NCBI GenBank assembly: GCA_035593605.1
Contig: DAOSWS010000013.1
Coordinates: forward strand, 3,371-67,370
Length of the DNA: 64,000 nucleotides
Origin: Thermoanaerobaculia bacterium
GTDB lineage: Bacteria; Acidobacteriota; Thermoanaerobaculia; UBA2201; DAOSWS01
Reading direction: 5' to 3'
Positions 48,104 to 57,575 of this stretch are shown in pieces; the first letter of the stretch is position 1; each line of letters begins with the position of its first letter. A program made the translations under genes and the position numbers. The notes below the pieces were generated by a model, which worked only from the letters and a program-made list of their open reading frames with translations, was not told where the DNA came from and searched no databases.

Positions 48104-49605
48104 GATCGCTCCCCCAGTCGGAATCGGCCCAGAGTCTGCCAGGGTGTCGGCGGCGGACCCGAAGCACGCGATGAGGTGCCGCTTCCGTTTGCCGGTGCAC
48201 CCTGACCCTCCACCGCCAGCCCGCAGGCCAGAAGAAGGAGTTCTTCCGGGATCTCGTTTTTCCACCCGTTCATGTGGTCGCCCACAAAGTGGGTGTCGTA
48301 GTGGCCCGAGCGGAAGACCTCGTGGGCCAGGACGTCCCGAAGATAGGGGATGATCGTGGGAGTTCCCAGGACGACGTACTCCTTGAGGGCGAGGTCCATC
48401 CGGTCGATGGCGTCATCCCGGGTCTCGGCCCAGGTCACAACCTTGGAGAGGATGGGATCGTAGACAGCGGGCACGGTGAAGCCGCTTCGGATTCCCGAAT
48501 CGACGCGGATCCCCGGACCCGAGGGCTCACGGACGAGATGGAGGGTCCCGGGAGCCGGGAGAAAGTTGGCTTCCGGGTTTTCGGCGTAGACCCGGCATTC
48601 GATGCTGTGTCCCTGCTGACGGAGATCTTCCTGTTTCAGGGTCAGCTTCTCCCCGCGGGCGATCCGGATCTGCCATTTCACCAGGTCGACTCCCGTCACC
48701 ATTTCGGTGACCGGGTGCTCCACCTGGATTCTTGTGTTCATTTCGAGGAAGTAGAATTCCCCTTTGGAGAAGAGAAATTCCACCGTCCCCGCGTTGACGT
48801 AGCCGGCTTCCCGGGCCAGGGCCACGGCGGCCTCCGTCATCCGGGTCCGCAGCTCCGGGGTGAGGGCCATAGAGGGTGTCTCTTCGATGATTTTCTGGTG
48901 GCGGCGCTGGACCGAGCACTCCCTCTCGAAGAGATGGAGCACGGTGCCGTGGCTGTCGGCCAGAACCTGGACCTCGATGTGACGCGGCTCTTCGAGGTAC
49001 TTTTCGAGATAGACCGTGGAGGAACCGAAGGCGGAGGAAGACTCCCGAATACTTGTTTCCAGGGCCTCCTGGAGGTCATCGGGCTTTCGGACGATATGCA
49101 TGCCTTTACCCCCGCCGCCGTGAGCCGCCTTAATGAGAACGGGAAAACCGATGTCCCCTGCGATCCTGCGTGCATGCTCCAGGTCGACGGGACCGTCACT
49201 TCCCGGCGTGATGGGAACACCGGCCCGTTTGGCCAGGGCCCGGGCCTCGAGCTTGTCCCCCATCAGGCGGATGGCTTCGGCGGGAGGCCCGATGAAGACG
49301 AGGCCCGCGTCCCGGACCTTTCCTGAAAAGGCCGGGTTTTCCGCCAGGAAACCGTACCCGGGGTGGATGGCGTCGGCTCCGCAGGAGCGGGCGGCTTCGA
49401 TGATCCGGTCCATATCCAGATAGCTCTGCAGAGGCGGGGGGGGGCCGATGAGACATGATTCGTCTGCCTCCAGAACGTGCAGGCTCCCGGTATCGGCTTC
49501 ACTGTACACGGCCACCGATGTCAGGCCCAGCTCCTTGATGGCCCGAATGATCCGGACGGCGATTTCGCCCCGGTTGGCTACCAGAATTTTCTTTATTTCA
49601 CCCAT
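48100..49605 (-). CDS. Biotin carboxylase (ATP-grasp, acyl-CoA carboxylase alpha-subunit BC domain)
   Basis: 501 aa. KILVANRGEIA, GYGFLAEN, ATP-grasp and BC C-terminal domains. Confidence 0.85.
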   Translation of the reverse strand: MGEIKKILVANRGEIAVRIIRAIKELGLTSVAVYSEADTGSLHVLEADESCLIGPPPPLQSYLDMDRIIEAARSCGADAIHPGYGFLAENPAFSGKVRDAGLVFIGPPAEAIRLMGDKLEARALAKRAGVPITPGSDGPVDLEHARRIAGDIGFPVLIKAAHGGGGKGMHIVRKPDDLQEALETSIRESSSAFGSSTVYLEKYLEEPRHIEVQVLADSHGTVLHLFERECSVQRRHQKIIEETPSMALTPELRTRMTEAAVALAREAGYVNAGTVEFLFSKGEFYFLEMNTRIQVEHPVTEMVTGVDLVKWQIRIARGEKLTLKQEDLRQQGHSIECRVYAENPEANFLPAPGTLHLVREPSGPGIRVDSGIRSGFTVPAVYDPILSKVVTWAETRDDAIDRMDLALKEYVVLGTPTIIPYLRDVLAHEVFRSGHYDTHFVGDHMNGWKNEIPEELLLLACGLAVEGQGAPANGSGTSSRASGPPPTPWQTLGRFRLGERS

Positions 49606-50405
49606 CGCGGATTCCTCCGTTCAAAAAAAGCGGTAATTCCTTCCTGACCATCCTTTCCGGCCCTCAGGTCAGCGATCAGGGCAGATGTGAATCGGCGTTC
49701 TTCTTCCCGGGAGGGGAAGGGCAAATGGTCCAGCAGTTCTTTAATGGCCTTCTGAGCTTCCGGGCTCCCCTTGAGAAGGTGGAGGACCGTCTTATCCACA
49801 GCTATATCAAGCTCCTCCGGACCGACAACCTCGGTGACGAGCCCGTGATCCCGCGCTTCGATCGCTGAAAATCTCCGGCCGGTCAGAAAGACTTCGCGGA
49901 GAAAGGCGGGGTCCAGCTTCCGGGCGACAAAGGGAGAAATGACGGCCGGAGCGAGACCGAGACGGACCTCGGTGAATGCAAAGCTTGCTTCCGAGGAAGC
50001 AATCACGATGTCGCAGGCGGCGATCAGGCCGAGAGCGCCGCCGAAGGCCGGTCCCTGCACCCGGCACACGGTTGGGACCGGAAGGCGGAAGAGACCATCC
50101 ATGCAGTCGTAGAGATGACCGGCATCCGCCAGATTTTCCTCTTTTCCAAAACCCGCCATGGCCTTCATCCACTTCAGATCGGCACCGGAACAGAAGGTGT
50201 CACCCGCAGTCCGCAGGATCATGGCGCGAAGGTCTGAATCGGAGGCAAGGATTTTCCAGGTTTCGAGAAACTCTCCGATCACCTCGTCGTTGAAGGCATT
50301 TCGGACCTCCCGGCGATCGAGGGTTACCTCGGCAACCCCTTCCATTGTATGTGCATGGATTGACTTCATTCTTCGAAGGTTACGGCCTTTGAGGGGGGAT
50401 GTCAA
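49593..50405 (-). CDS. Enoyl-CoA hydratase/isomerase (crotonase) family protein
   Basis: 270 aa. The oxyanion-hole region ...CSGADLK... and the crotonase fold pattern. Confidence 0.7.
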   Translation of the reverse strand: MTSPLKGRNLRRMKSIHAHTMEGVAEVTLDRREVRNAFNDEVIGEFLETWKILASDSDLRAMILRTAGDTFCSGADLKWMKAMAGFGKEENLADAGHLYDCMDGLFRLPVPTVCRVQGPAFGGALGLIAACDIVIASSEASFAFTEVRLGLAPAVISPFVARKLDPAFLREVFLTGRRFSAIEARDHGLVTEVVGPEELDIAVDKTVLHLLKGSPEAQKAIKELLDHLPFPSREEERRFTSALIADLRAGKDGQEGITAFFERRNPRWVK

Positions 50406-50464
50406 GATTCCTGTAATTGGACAGCGAGGAATCCATGCATTACTCTATAAGGTGAGGAGGGTCC

Positions 50465-53089
50465 ATGTATCGAATCGTTCTTTATCTGGCCTGTTCAGCA
50501 TCTATCTACGCCGCATCGATTACCGTTCCCGTGAGCCATTTTCTGGAACAGGGAACTCCCGCCGCCCGGACCCTTCCCGGCGCCCCCGCCATTCCGGAAA
50601 TCCGGGGGACCGTTGTTCTACCTCCCGGATCCGATCTGTCCAGCCTGAGCGTGAGTCTCCTCTCCCCCGTCATTGAAGCGGCGGTGGAGGCTGAATTCAC
50701 GACAGCCGGTCCGATCCTGGTTCCGGGTCATCCCGAACGGGCCATCTGGAAACCGAAGGAGGCGGCAGACCCATCAAATTCCCCTGTATGGTTTCGCATT
50801 GATTCGACCGGATACCTTGGCCCCCTTCCCATTGTCTCCCTGCGAATCTACCCCTATCAGGCTTCAGGAAATACCGTTTCACGCCTGGTAGGCGGGACCC
50901 TGGTCTTTTCCTGTAAATCCGGAAAGACCATGGCGGGCCCTCTTCCCCCTCACGCGGGGATAGTCCTGGAACACGCGGTAAACGGGATCGAAGCCAGGCG
51001 GTGGTTTCCCGCGCGGAGCGAGGGGAGCCATCTTTTGATCCTCACAACCAACCGGGTCTTTGAAGGGACCCGACAGCTTCCGACCTATATTCTGGCCCTC
51101 CGGGCCAGCGGATGGGTCGTGACCCCGGTAGGGGTCGAATCCTTTGCAGGCGATCGGGAAGGCCAGGCCCGCGCCGCGGCCATCCGGGAGTATATCCGTG
51201 CCAGGGTGGTTGAGGGTGTGACCCATGTCCTGCTGATCGGGGATCCCAACCCCCTGACGGGAGACCTTCCCATGCGGTATGCCTACCCCCTCCCCGAGGA
51301 CCCTTCCCATGCCGTTCCCACTGACCTTTACTATGCCGATCTTTCCGGGAACTGGGATCTCGACGGAGACGGGTACGAGGGAACGTACGGGCTGGACACC
51401 TTTGCCGGAGGTGTCGATCTCTATCCGGAAGTGATCGTGGGCCGGATTCCGGTCTACCGCTCCCAGGTCGAGCAGCTTGACGGATACCTCCGCAGAATTC
51501 TGTACTTTCGAAGTCACATCCAGGGAACCGACCGGACCTTCCTCCTTCCCGATTCGATCCCCTTCCTTCCCAACGAAATGGGACTGGGCGAGCCCATGAC
51601 CGATGGAGCGGAGCTGGGGGAAGAGTTTTCCCGGGACGTCCTGGATCCCGTGGGTACCCCCTACTGGAAGATGTACGAAAAGGGTGGAATTGCCCCGAGT
51701 CCATATGAGTGTGACTTTCCGATCACGGAGGCCAACGTGGTGGCTGCATGGAAGATGGGAGCTTCCGGCGTTCTCTACTACGGCCACGGCGGGCAAGATA
51801 TCGTCGTCCGAACCCTCTGGGACCACGACGATGGCGACGGCCGTCCCGAAGCTGATCAGGGAGAAATTGCCCAGCACGCCTTCTTTGCCTCCGGGAATTC
51901 ATGGGACATCAACCCCACGATGCCCTCCTTCGTCTTCGGTGTGGCCTGCAACAACGGTACGCCGGAAAACGAGAATAACCTCGCCGCCTCCATGCTGCGC
52001 ACGGGCGCCATCGGTACCTTCGGGGCCACGCGCTGGGCTGCGGTCATCGGGTGGGAAACCGACTTCGTGGAACACTGCACCGCCCCCGGGATCGGCTTCC
52101 GTACAATGAAAAACCTTGTTTTGGAAGGAATGGATGCCGGTACCGCTCTGTTGATGGCCAAGTCCGATCCTGCGGCCGATCGAAGCCACAGTTACTGGTG
52201 GGCCAACCTCTATGATTACAACCTCTACGGGGATCCGACGGTCACCTTTTACGGCGGAGACCTGTCCCAGTCCTTTCCCGAACCCGGGATCTACTGGAGC
52301 CGGGTGGAGCCGGAAGTCGTGCCCCCCTGCGGCGGCGAAATCCATCTGACCCTGCGAGGATCCTCATCGAACCAGACCCTCTCCTTCGGGAATCCGGTTT
52401 CAGAAGCAAGGGCCTTTCCCCCGGCGAACATTTCTCTCCAGACTGTGACGGAAACCCGGGACAATCAGTACCATGCCTCGATCAATGCCGATCTATCCTC
52501 AAATCTGCCGGGAACGATTCTTCTTCCCGTGACCCTTGGTTCCACGACGATCGATCTTCCAATTCAAATCGCATCCGCCAGCGTATCCGATCCGGCCGGT
52601 GATTTCGGTGGAGCTCCCGAAATGGGGTCTGCCGACATCGTGCAGATTTCCCTCGGGGAGGCGGGAACCGAGGTCCTGCTGGATCTCGATGTGGCCTCTC
52701 CGCTTTTACCCGTGAGCTTCTTCCAGGGGGAGGATTTCTACGCGGCCGTTTGGTGGCTGGACACCCTGGGAGACGGTCAGATCGACATGAGCGTCCGGTA
52801 TTACATGTATCAGGGAACGGAGTGGGCCATCCTGACCACAGAACCGTACAACGACTCCATAATTGAGGTTCCCTTCATCCGAAAGACCTCCGGTGTCACG
52901 GTCCGGGTTCCCACGATTGATTTCCTGAGCCGGGGAGACAGCCTCTGCGCACAGGGATCCGCCTATGCGATCACCTTTAATTACGGAGATAACTACGAAG
53001 AGCTGGGTTCGTGGGCCTGTCTGTGCCTGGGCGATTCTCCCCCTCCCAAGGCGGACCGGATGGCGGGAGGCCGGATTGTGTCAGATTAA
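50465..53089 (+). CDS. Secreted peptidase, family C25 (gingipain-like cysteine protease) with C-terminal beta-rich domains
   Basis: 874 aa with a signal peptide. LLIGDPN...TDLYYADL..DGDG..PEVIVGRIP, a catalytic His region YYGHGG and a Cys region FVFGVACNNG. Confidence 0.6.
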   Translation: MYRIVLYLACSASIYAASITVPVSHFLEQGTPAARTLPGAPAIPEIRGTVVLPPGSDLSSLSVSLLSPVIEAAVEAEFTTAGPILVPGHPERAIWKPKEAADPSNSPVWFRIDSTGYLGPLPIVSLRIYPYQASGNTVSRLVGGTLVFSCKSGKTMAGPLPPHAGIVLEHAVNGIEARRWFPARSEGSHLLILTTNRVFEGTRQLPTYILALRASGWVVTPVGVESFAGDREGQARAAAIREYIRARVVEGVTHVLLIGDPNPLTGDLPMRYAYPLPEDPSHAVPTDLYYADLSGNWDLDGDGYEGTYGLDTFAGGVDLYPEVIVGRIPVYRSQVEQLDGYLRRILYFRSHIQGTDRTFLLPDSIPFLPNEMGLGEPMTDGAELGEEFSRDVLDPVGTPYWKMYEKGGIAPSPYECDFPITEANVVAAWKMGASGVLYYGHGGQDIVVRTLWDHDDGDGRPEADQGEIAQHAFFASGNSWDINPTMPSFVFGVACNNGTPENENNLAASMLRTGAIGTFGATRWAAVIGWETDFVEHCTAPGIGFRTMKNLVLEGMDAGTALLMAKSDPAADRSHSYWWANLYDYNLYGDPTVTFYGGDLSQSFPEPGIYWSRVEPEVVPPCGGEIHLTLRGSSSNQTLSFGNPVSEARAFPPANISLQTVTETRDNQYHASINADLSSNLPGTILLPVTLGSTTIDLPIQIASASVSDPAGDFGGAPEMGSADIVQISLGEAGTEVLLDLDVASPLLPVSFFQGEDFYAAVWWLDTLGDGQIDMSVRYYMYQGTEWAILTTEPYNDSIIEVPFIRKTSGVTVRVPTIDFLSRGDSLCAQGSAYAITFNYGDNYEELGSWACLCLGDSPPPKADRMAGGRIVSD

Positions 53090-53098
53090 ACGATTGCT

Positions 53099-56000
53099 CT
53101 AGGGAATAAAAGAGCCGCATTTGTTTCTTATTCGAACGAGATAAAAATACGGGTCTTCATCCCCTGCTTCAATCGTAGCCGACGTTGTCGTAACAGGTAA
53201 ATTCAGCTGCAGTATGTCTGCCGAAGAAAAATCGGACGGGCTCAGACTTCCCAGAATATCAATAAATGTCGAGGCAGGTTCAGAACCCCATGTTGTTGAA
53301 TCTGGCACGGTCCAGACAAAATTATCTTCTGTAGATTTATCGATTTTAAAATTAGAGATATCTTCAGAAGGAAGATACCAGGCATGGATATTAAAGGGGG
53401 CACAATCGGATTCGTCAGGAACGCTGTCATTGTCATCATCCGGATCGCAGAGATCACCCAAACCGTCCAGGTCATTATCCTCCTGGCCCGGATTGGCGAT
53501 CTCGGGACAGTTATCCTTATGATCTGCAATTAGATCCGAATCCGCATCCCAGATATAAGCCCACAGCTCCACGCCGGTATCGGGTTTATATGCACTGAAA
53601 AGGAACCTGTTCCCAATCGGTGTGATCCATTCACCATCCGACGAACATCCACCCTCACAAATGTCACCAAGCCTCACCGTGTTTTCCGCTGATCCATCAC
53701 TTCTCCGCAATTCTCCGTCATAAAGGGGATCTTGGGCTGAAAAATAGAGAGTACCGTTAACATTTGCCAGGCTGAATGGATAGGAGTTACTGCTTCCCGG
53801 ATTGATGTCGGCGACCAGGTCCGTTCCTTCAGGTGTGCCGTCTGATTTCCATAGCTCTATACCGTAGAGACCGGTTCCAGCCTGAAAGTAAAGGACATCG
53901 TTCACGCAGGTCAGATGACGTGGCCATTTTGCGAGCGGATCACCCTCAAAAAAGTTCTTGAGAATGATCGTTCCTTCATCCGTCCCGTCACTCTTGAACA
54001 GAATGCCTCCGTAGCTGCCGTTGTATCCCGCAAAATATAGGATCCCATTGCAGCCTGTAAGCTCTTCGAGATAGGATTCTCCAATTCCGGGATTGATATC
54101 CTTCACCATGGTCGTTCCATCCGGTGTCCCGTCGCTTTTCCAGAGTTCATAGCCATGAATCCCATCATTGGCATAAAAGTAAATATATCCAGAAACTACG
54201 ACCGGATCGTCTGGAAAGTTAGGAAAGGCACCTGCGGTTCCTGGATAAATATCCTTGAGCAGATAGGTTCCTGCTTCGGTTCCATCGCTCCTCCACATCT
54301 CCCATCCGGAATCCGGATGGACCGCTAAAAAATAGAGGATTCCATTCAGTGCAGCCATATATGCAGGTTGACTGCCATAGAGTTCATCGGAAATATCCTT
54401 CACCATGATCGTACTCTCTGGCGTTCCATTACTTTTCCAGAGCTCATTTCCATGCGTATCGTCGGCCGCACTAAAATAAACCGTATCACCGATCCCGACA
54501 AAATAGTCCGGCTTGGAGCCACTGGAGCCCGGGTTGATATCCTTTACCTGAACCGTCCCCTCTTCGGTTCCATCAGATTTCCAGAGCTCTGAGCCATGAA
54601 TTCCGTCATCCGCGGAACAATAGAGAAAACCACCAACTGGAGGAACGCAGGTCACAGAAGACGAAGCGCTTCCGAAAGCAATGTCTTTGACAATCATTGT
54701 TCCTTCGGATGTACCGTCGCTTTTCCAGAGCTCTTCCCCGTGGGTGGTGTCATTGGCGGAGAAATAGACTGTGCTTTCCATCGTGACAAAGTCACGGGGC
54801 CGGGAAGGCGTGGTACCGGAATTAATATTTTTCACAAGTACAGTTCCTGGCACTGTCCCGTCACTCTTCCAGAGTTCCGATCCATATAAACCATCATCCC
54901 CCTGAAAAAAGAGAATCCCATCGACTGAAGTGAGATAGGCTGGAGGATAGACAGTATCTCCAGGATTTAAGTCTATGAAAAGGTAGGTTCCAGCTTCCGT
55001 TCCGTCGCTTCTCCAGATTTCCTTGTTATGAACTCCGTCATTGGCCTGAAAGTAGAGAGTCCCGTTCAGATCGGTAAGGTACGAGGGGGTTGATGAGGTT
55101 CCATCCGGATATATATCCTTCACCATAAAGGTTCCGGGAGCGGTGCCATCGGAAACCCAGAGCTCTTTTCCATGAATGCTGTCGCTGTCTACAAAGTACA
55201 ACTTTCCATTTGATACCGTAAGATTTGTTGGTGAAGCAGGTATCATCGTACCCGGATCGATATCCACTACCATCCAGGTCCCCGTTTCGGTTCCATCGCT
55301 TCTCCAGAGCTCACGGCCATAAAATCCATCATCTGCTGTAAACATGATGATTCCATTCAAATCCGTGAAATATGCAGGACCGGAACTTCCCCCGAAGATA
55401 TTGATTTCCTTTACGAGCACCGTACCGGCATCGGTTCCATCACTTTTCCAGAATTCGTAGTCTGTCGAGCTGGTAAATCCAGCGCTGAAGTAAAGGGTTC
55501 CATTGATTGCCGTGAGGTTTCTAGGATCTGAACTGCTGGAGCCCGGCAGGATATCTTTAACCATGAAAGTTCCAACGATTGTGCCGTCACTCCGCCACAG
55601 TTCGGTTCCTGCGATTCCATCTGTTGCGGAGAAGTAGAGGATATTATTCATTATCGCAAAATAGCCCGTCACGGAGGATGCGGATCCCGGGTTGATATCC
55701 AGAAAGAGGGAGGTTCCTTCCGGTGTGCCGTCACTGGTCCAGAGTTCCACGCCGTGGATTCCGTCCGTGGCAGTAAAGAATAGGGTTCCGTTATAGTTGA
55801 TCAATTTGTTTATTTTCACTGCCTTCGTTGGACCGAAATCCAGGAGCTGCACAGTTCCGTCCGGGGTCCCGTCGCTTTTCCAGAGTTCATCGCCATCCGC
55901 TCTGAAATATAGAGTTCCATTTACGTCGGTCAATAGAGCAATGCTTGAAGAATCGAGGCCGGGTTCGACGTCCTTTACGAATAACGTTCCTTCGGAAGTT

Positions 56001-56344
56001 CCATCACTTTTCCAGAGCTCTCTTCCATAATCAGGTGTAAAGGCAGAAAAATAGACGATTCCATTGACCTCTGTAATGTCTCGCGGTTCGGAGTTCACCT
56101 GTCCAAATTGTGTGTTGATATCCTTCACAAGATAGGGATTATCCGTTTCGCTGAATCCCGGTTCGTTGTCGATGTAAGGATATTGATTATTGTCTGAGTA
56201 TCCTGATGCTGAATAAAGAACATCGCTGTAATCGCCGGCAAGCAGTGCAACACGAAGTCCTGACAGTCCAAACTGCATGATGAATGAAACCAAAAGAATA
56301 AACCGCACCTTTTCCAACCCGGTGAATTTGATGGAATGTAGCAT
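53099..56344 (-). CDS. Large secreted ELWxxDGT-repeat protein with C-terminal thrombospondin-type-3 (Asp-rich Ca-binding) repeats
   Basis: 1081 aa. About 20 tandem roughly 48-aa units of ELW(K/R)SDGT..GT..VKDI.PGS.SS. C-terminal DxDxDGxxDxxDNCP...[16 protein letters not shown]. Confidence 0.65.
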   Translation of the reverse strand: MLHSIKFTGLEKVRFILLVSFIMQFGLSGLRVALLAGDYSDVLYSASGYSDNNQYPYIDNEPGFSETDNPYLVKDINTQFGQVNSEPRDITEVNGIVYFSAFTPDYGRELWKSDGTSEGTLFVKDVEPGLDSSSIALLTDVNGTLYFRADGDELWKSDGTPDGTVQLLDFGPTKAVKINKLINYNGTLFFTATDGIHGVELWTSDGTPEGTSLFLDINPGSASSVTGYFAIMNNILYFSATDGIAGTELWRSDGTIVGTFMVKDILPGSSSSDPRNLTAINGTLYFSAGFTSSTDYEFWKSDGTDAGTVLVKEINIFGGSSGPAYFTDLNGIIMFTADDGFYGRELWRSDGTETGTWMVVDIDPGTMIPASPTNLTVSNGKLYFVDSDSIHGKELWVSDGTAPGTFMVKDIYPDGTSSTPSYLTDLNGTLYFQANDGVHNKEIWRSDGTEAGTYLFIDLNPGDTVYPPAYLTSVDGILFFQGDDGLYGSELWKSDGTVPGTVLVKNINSGTTPSRPRDFVTMESTVYFSANDTTHGEELWKSDGTSEGTMIVKDIAFGSASSSVTCVPPVGGFLYCSADDGIHGSELWKSDGTEEGTVQVKDINPGSSGSKPDYFVGIGDTVYFSAADDTHGNELWKSNGTPESTIMVKDISDELYGSQPAYMAALNGILYFLAVHPDSGWEMWRSDGTEAGTYLLKDIYPGTAGAFPNFPDDPVVVSGYIYFYANDGIHGYELWKSDGTPDGTTMVKDINPGIGESYLEELTGCNGILYFAGYNGSYGGILFKSDGTDEGTIILKNFFEGDPLAKWPRHLTCVNDVLYFQAGTGLYGIELWKSDGTPEGTDLVADINPGSSNSYPFSLANVNGTLYFSAQDPLYDGELRRSDGSAENTVRLGDICEGGCSSDGEWITPIGNRFLFSAYKPDTGVELWAYIWDADSDLIADHKDNCPEIANPGQEDNDLDGLGDLCDPDDDNDSVPDESDCAPFNIHAWYLPSEDISNFKIDKSTEDNFVWTVPDSTTWGSEPASTFIDILGSLSPSDFSSADILQLNLPVTTTSATIEAGDEDPYFYLVRIRNKCGSFIP

Positions 56345-56427
56345 GGTTTGTCTCCCATAGAGCCTGAATAAAACCGAGTTATTGTACTACAATTTTCGAC
56401 CCGTAATAAGAGCAGACAAGAAAGCTA

Positions 56428-56446
56428 AACCTTCAGCTTGAAGGAT
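56428..56446 (-). terminator. Hairpin CCTTCAGC-TTGAAGG downstream of the ferritin-like gene
   Basis: 6-7 bp GC-containing stem at about 56430-56444, followed by a T-rich stretch on the minus strand. Weaker than the hsp20 terminator. Confidence 0.35.
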
Positions 56447-56506
56447 TGTGATCATTCATATTTCGGGAATCGCGCTGATTCCCTGAGAAGGCCTTTCCAG
56501 AACGAA

Positions 56507-57013
56507 TCAGAAGGGTTCGAAGCGGGATTCGGCCCAGTAGCTTTCCCGGAGATACCCCATCTGGCGGGAGAGGGCCTCGAGGTGGGTTTTTTCCCAGTCA
56601 GCCAGTTTGGTGAAAAAGGCGCGGAAGGTGGAATTATCGGTCTTTCCTGCCAGGTCGGTGTAGAAACTGATCGCACCCTGTTCCAGAGTCATGGCGATGG
56701 AGAGAGCGGAAATTTCGAAGTGCTTGTCCTGAATGCGTTGTTTAAACTCCGGCGAAAAGATGGGGCTGAAATTGTCTACATCCACGGAGGCCTTTCCTTC
56801 CAGGGGCGGGATGTTGGGCAGGGAGCCCTGCTGGGTGTATTCCTTCAGAATCTCGTCCAGGGCCTTGTGATGAAGGAGCTCATCATTGGCCAGGCCCTGA
56901 AAGACCTCCTTTGCCTTCGGGTCTTCCGTGCGCAGGGCGGCATTGGCGTAATGGTTATATCCGTCGCGCTCGGATTGCATGGCGAGTCGGAGCATGTGGG
57001 CGATATCGGTCAT
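56507..57013 (-). CDS. Ferritin-like / rubrerythrin-family diiron protein
   Basis: 168 aa from ATG 57013 (AGGAGG RBS). ExxH-type pairs (ERDGYNHY, DELLHHKA, EKTHLEA) characteristic of ferritin-like four-helix bundles. Confidence 0.55.
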   Translation of the reverse strand: MTDIAHMLRLAMQSERDGYNHYANAALRTEDPKAKEVFQGLANDELLHHKALDEILKEYTQQGSLPNIPPLEGKASVDVDNFSPIFSPEFKQRIQDKHFEISALSIAMTLEQGAISFYTDLAGKTDNSTFRAFFTKLADWEKTHLEALSRQMGYLRESYWAESRFEPF

Positions 57014-57107
57014 TGGAGTTCCTCCTTGTCCGGAATTGTCTCGTTCAGCGACTGAGGTTTCATTGTACTTGAGGTGCTCACCCGCCGCAAGTCGGGCACG
57101 GTTCCGT

Positions 57108-57575
57108 CTACGATTCAGAGAGAAGCTCTTCCACGATGCGGACAGCGTCCCGGACAAGTTTCGTACAGAGAGTTTCATGGAGATTGCGGCGGTCGGCCTC
57201 CTCCCGGCCTTCGGGTGTAAGAAGAGAGCATCCCAGCAGGTTTTTACACTCCAGGGTTCCATGCAGGGCGCGAAACCGCTCGGCAAGGGACTGGACCCGT
57301 GAATAGGTGATCTCTTTTGCTTCAATATCTTCCTGTATAGAAGGTCCCCCCTGAATGCCCAGTGCCATAAGGGCTCCGGTCACAGCTCCACAGGTCTCTC
57401 CCATTCGCCCCATTCCACCGCCAAAGGCCGACGCGATTTTCATCACAACCGCGGGGTCGATCTCCTCAGGATCCGTAAAGACGGAAAAGACAGCCTGCGC
57501 GCAGGAAAACCCTTCATTGAATCTCATCACTGCCTGCTCTTCTCGGGACATCAGCACACCTCCAGGGGAATTCAT
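57108..57575 (-). CDS. C_GCAxxG_C_C family putative redox-active protein
   Basis: 155 aa. FSCAQAV...FGGGMG..GETCGAVTGA...C matches the C-GCAxxG-C-C signature. Confidence 0.6.
   Translation of the reverse strand: MNSPGGVLMSREEQAVMRFNEGFSCAQAVFSVFTDPEEIDPAVVMKIASAFGGGMGRMGETCGAVTGALMALGIQGGPSIQEDIEAKEITYSRVQSLAERFRALHGTLECKNLLGCSLLTPEGREEADRRNLHETLCTKLVRDAVRIVEELLSES

Noticed and set aside
48274-49326. 350-aa plus-strand ORF overlapping biotin carboxylase
   Set aside because: Shadow ORF of a strongly conserved ATP-grasp gene on the minus strand.
50879-51877. 332-aa minus-strand ORF inside the C25 peptidase gene
   Set aside because: Antisense shadow. The plus-strand frame carries the C25 catalytic motifs.
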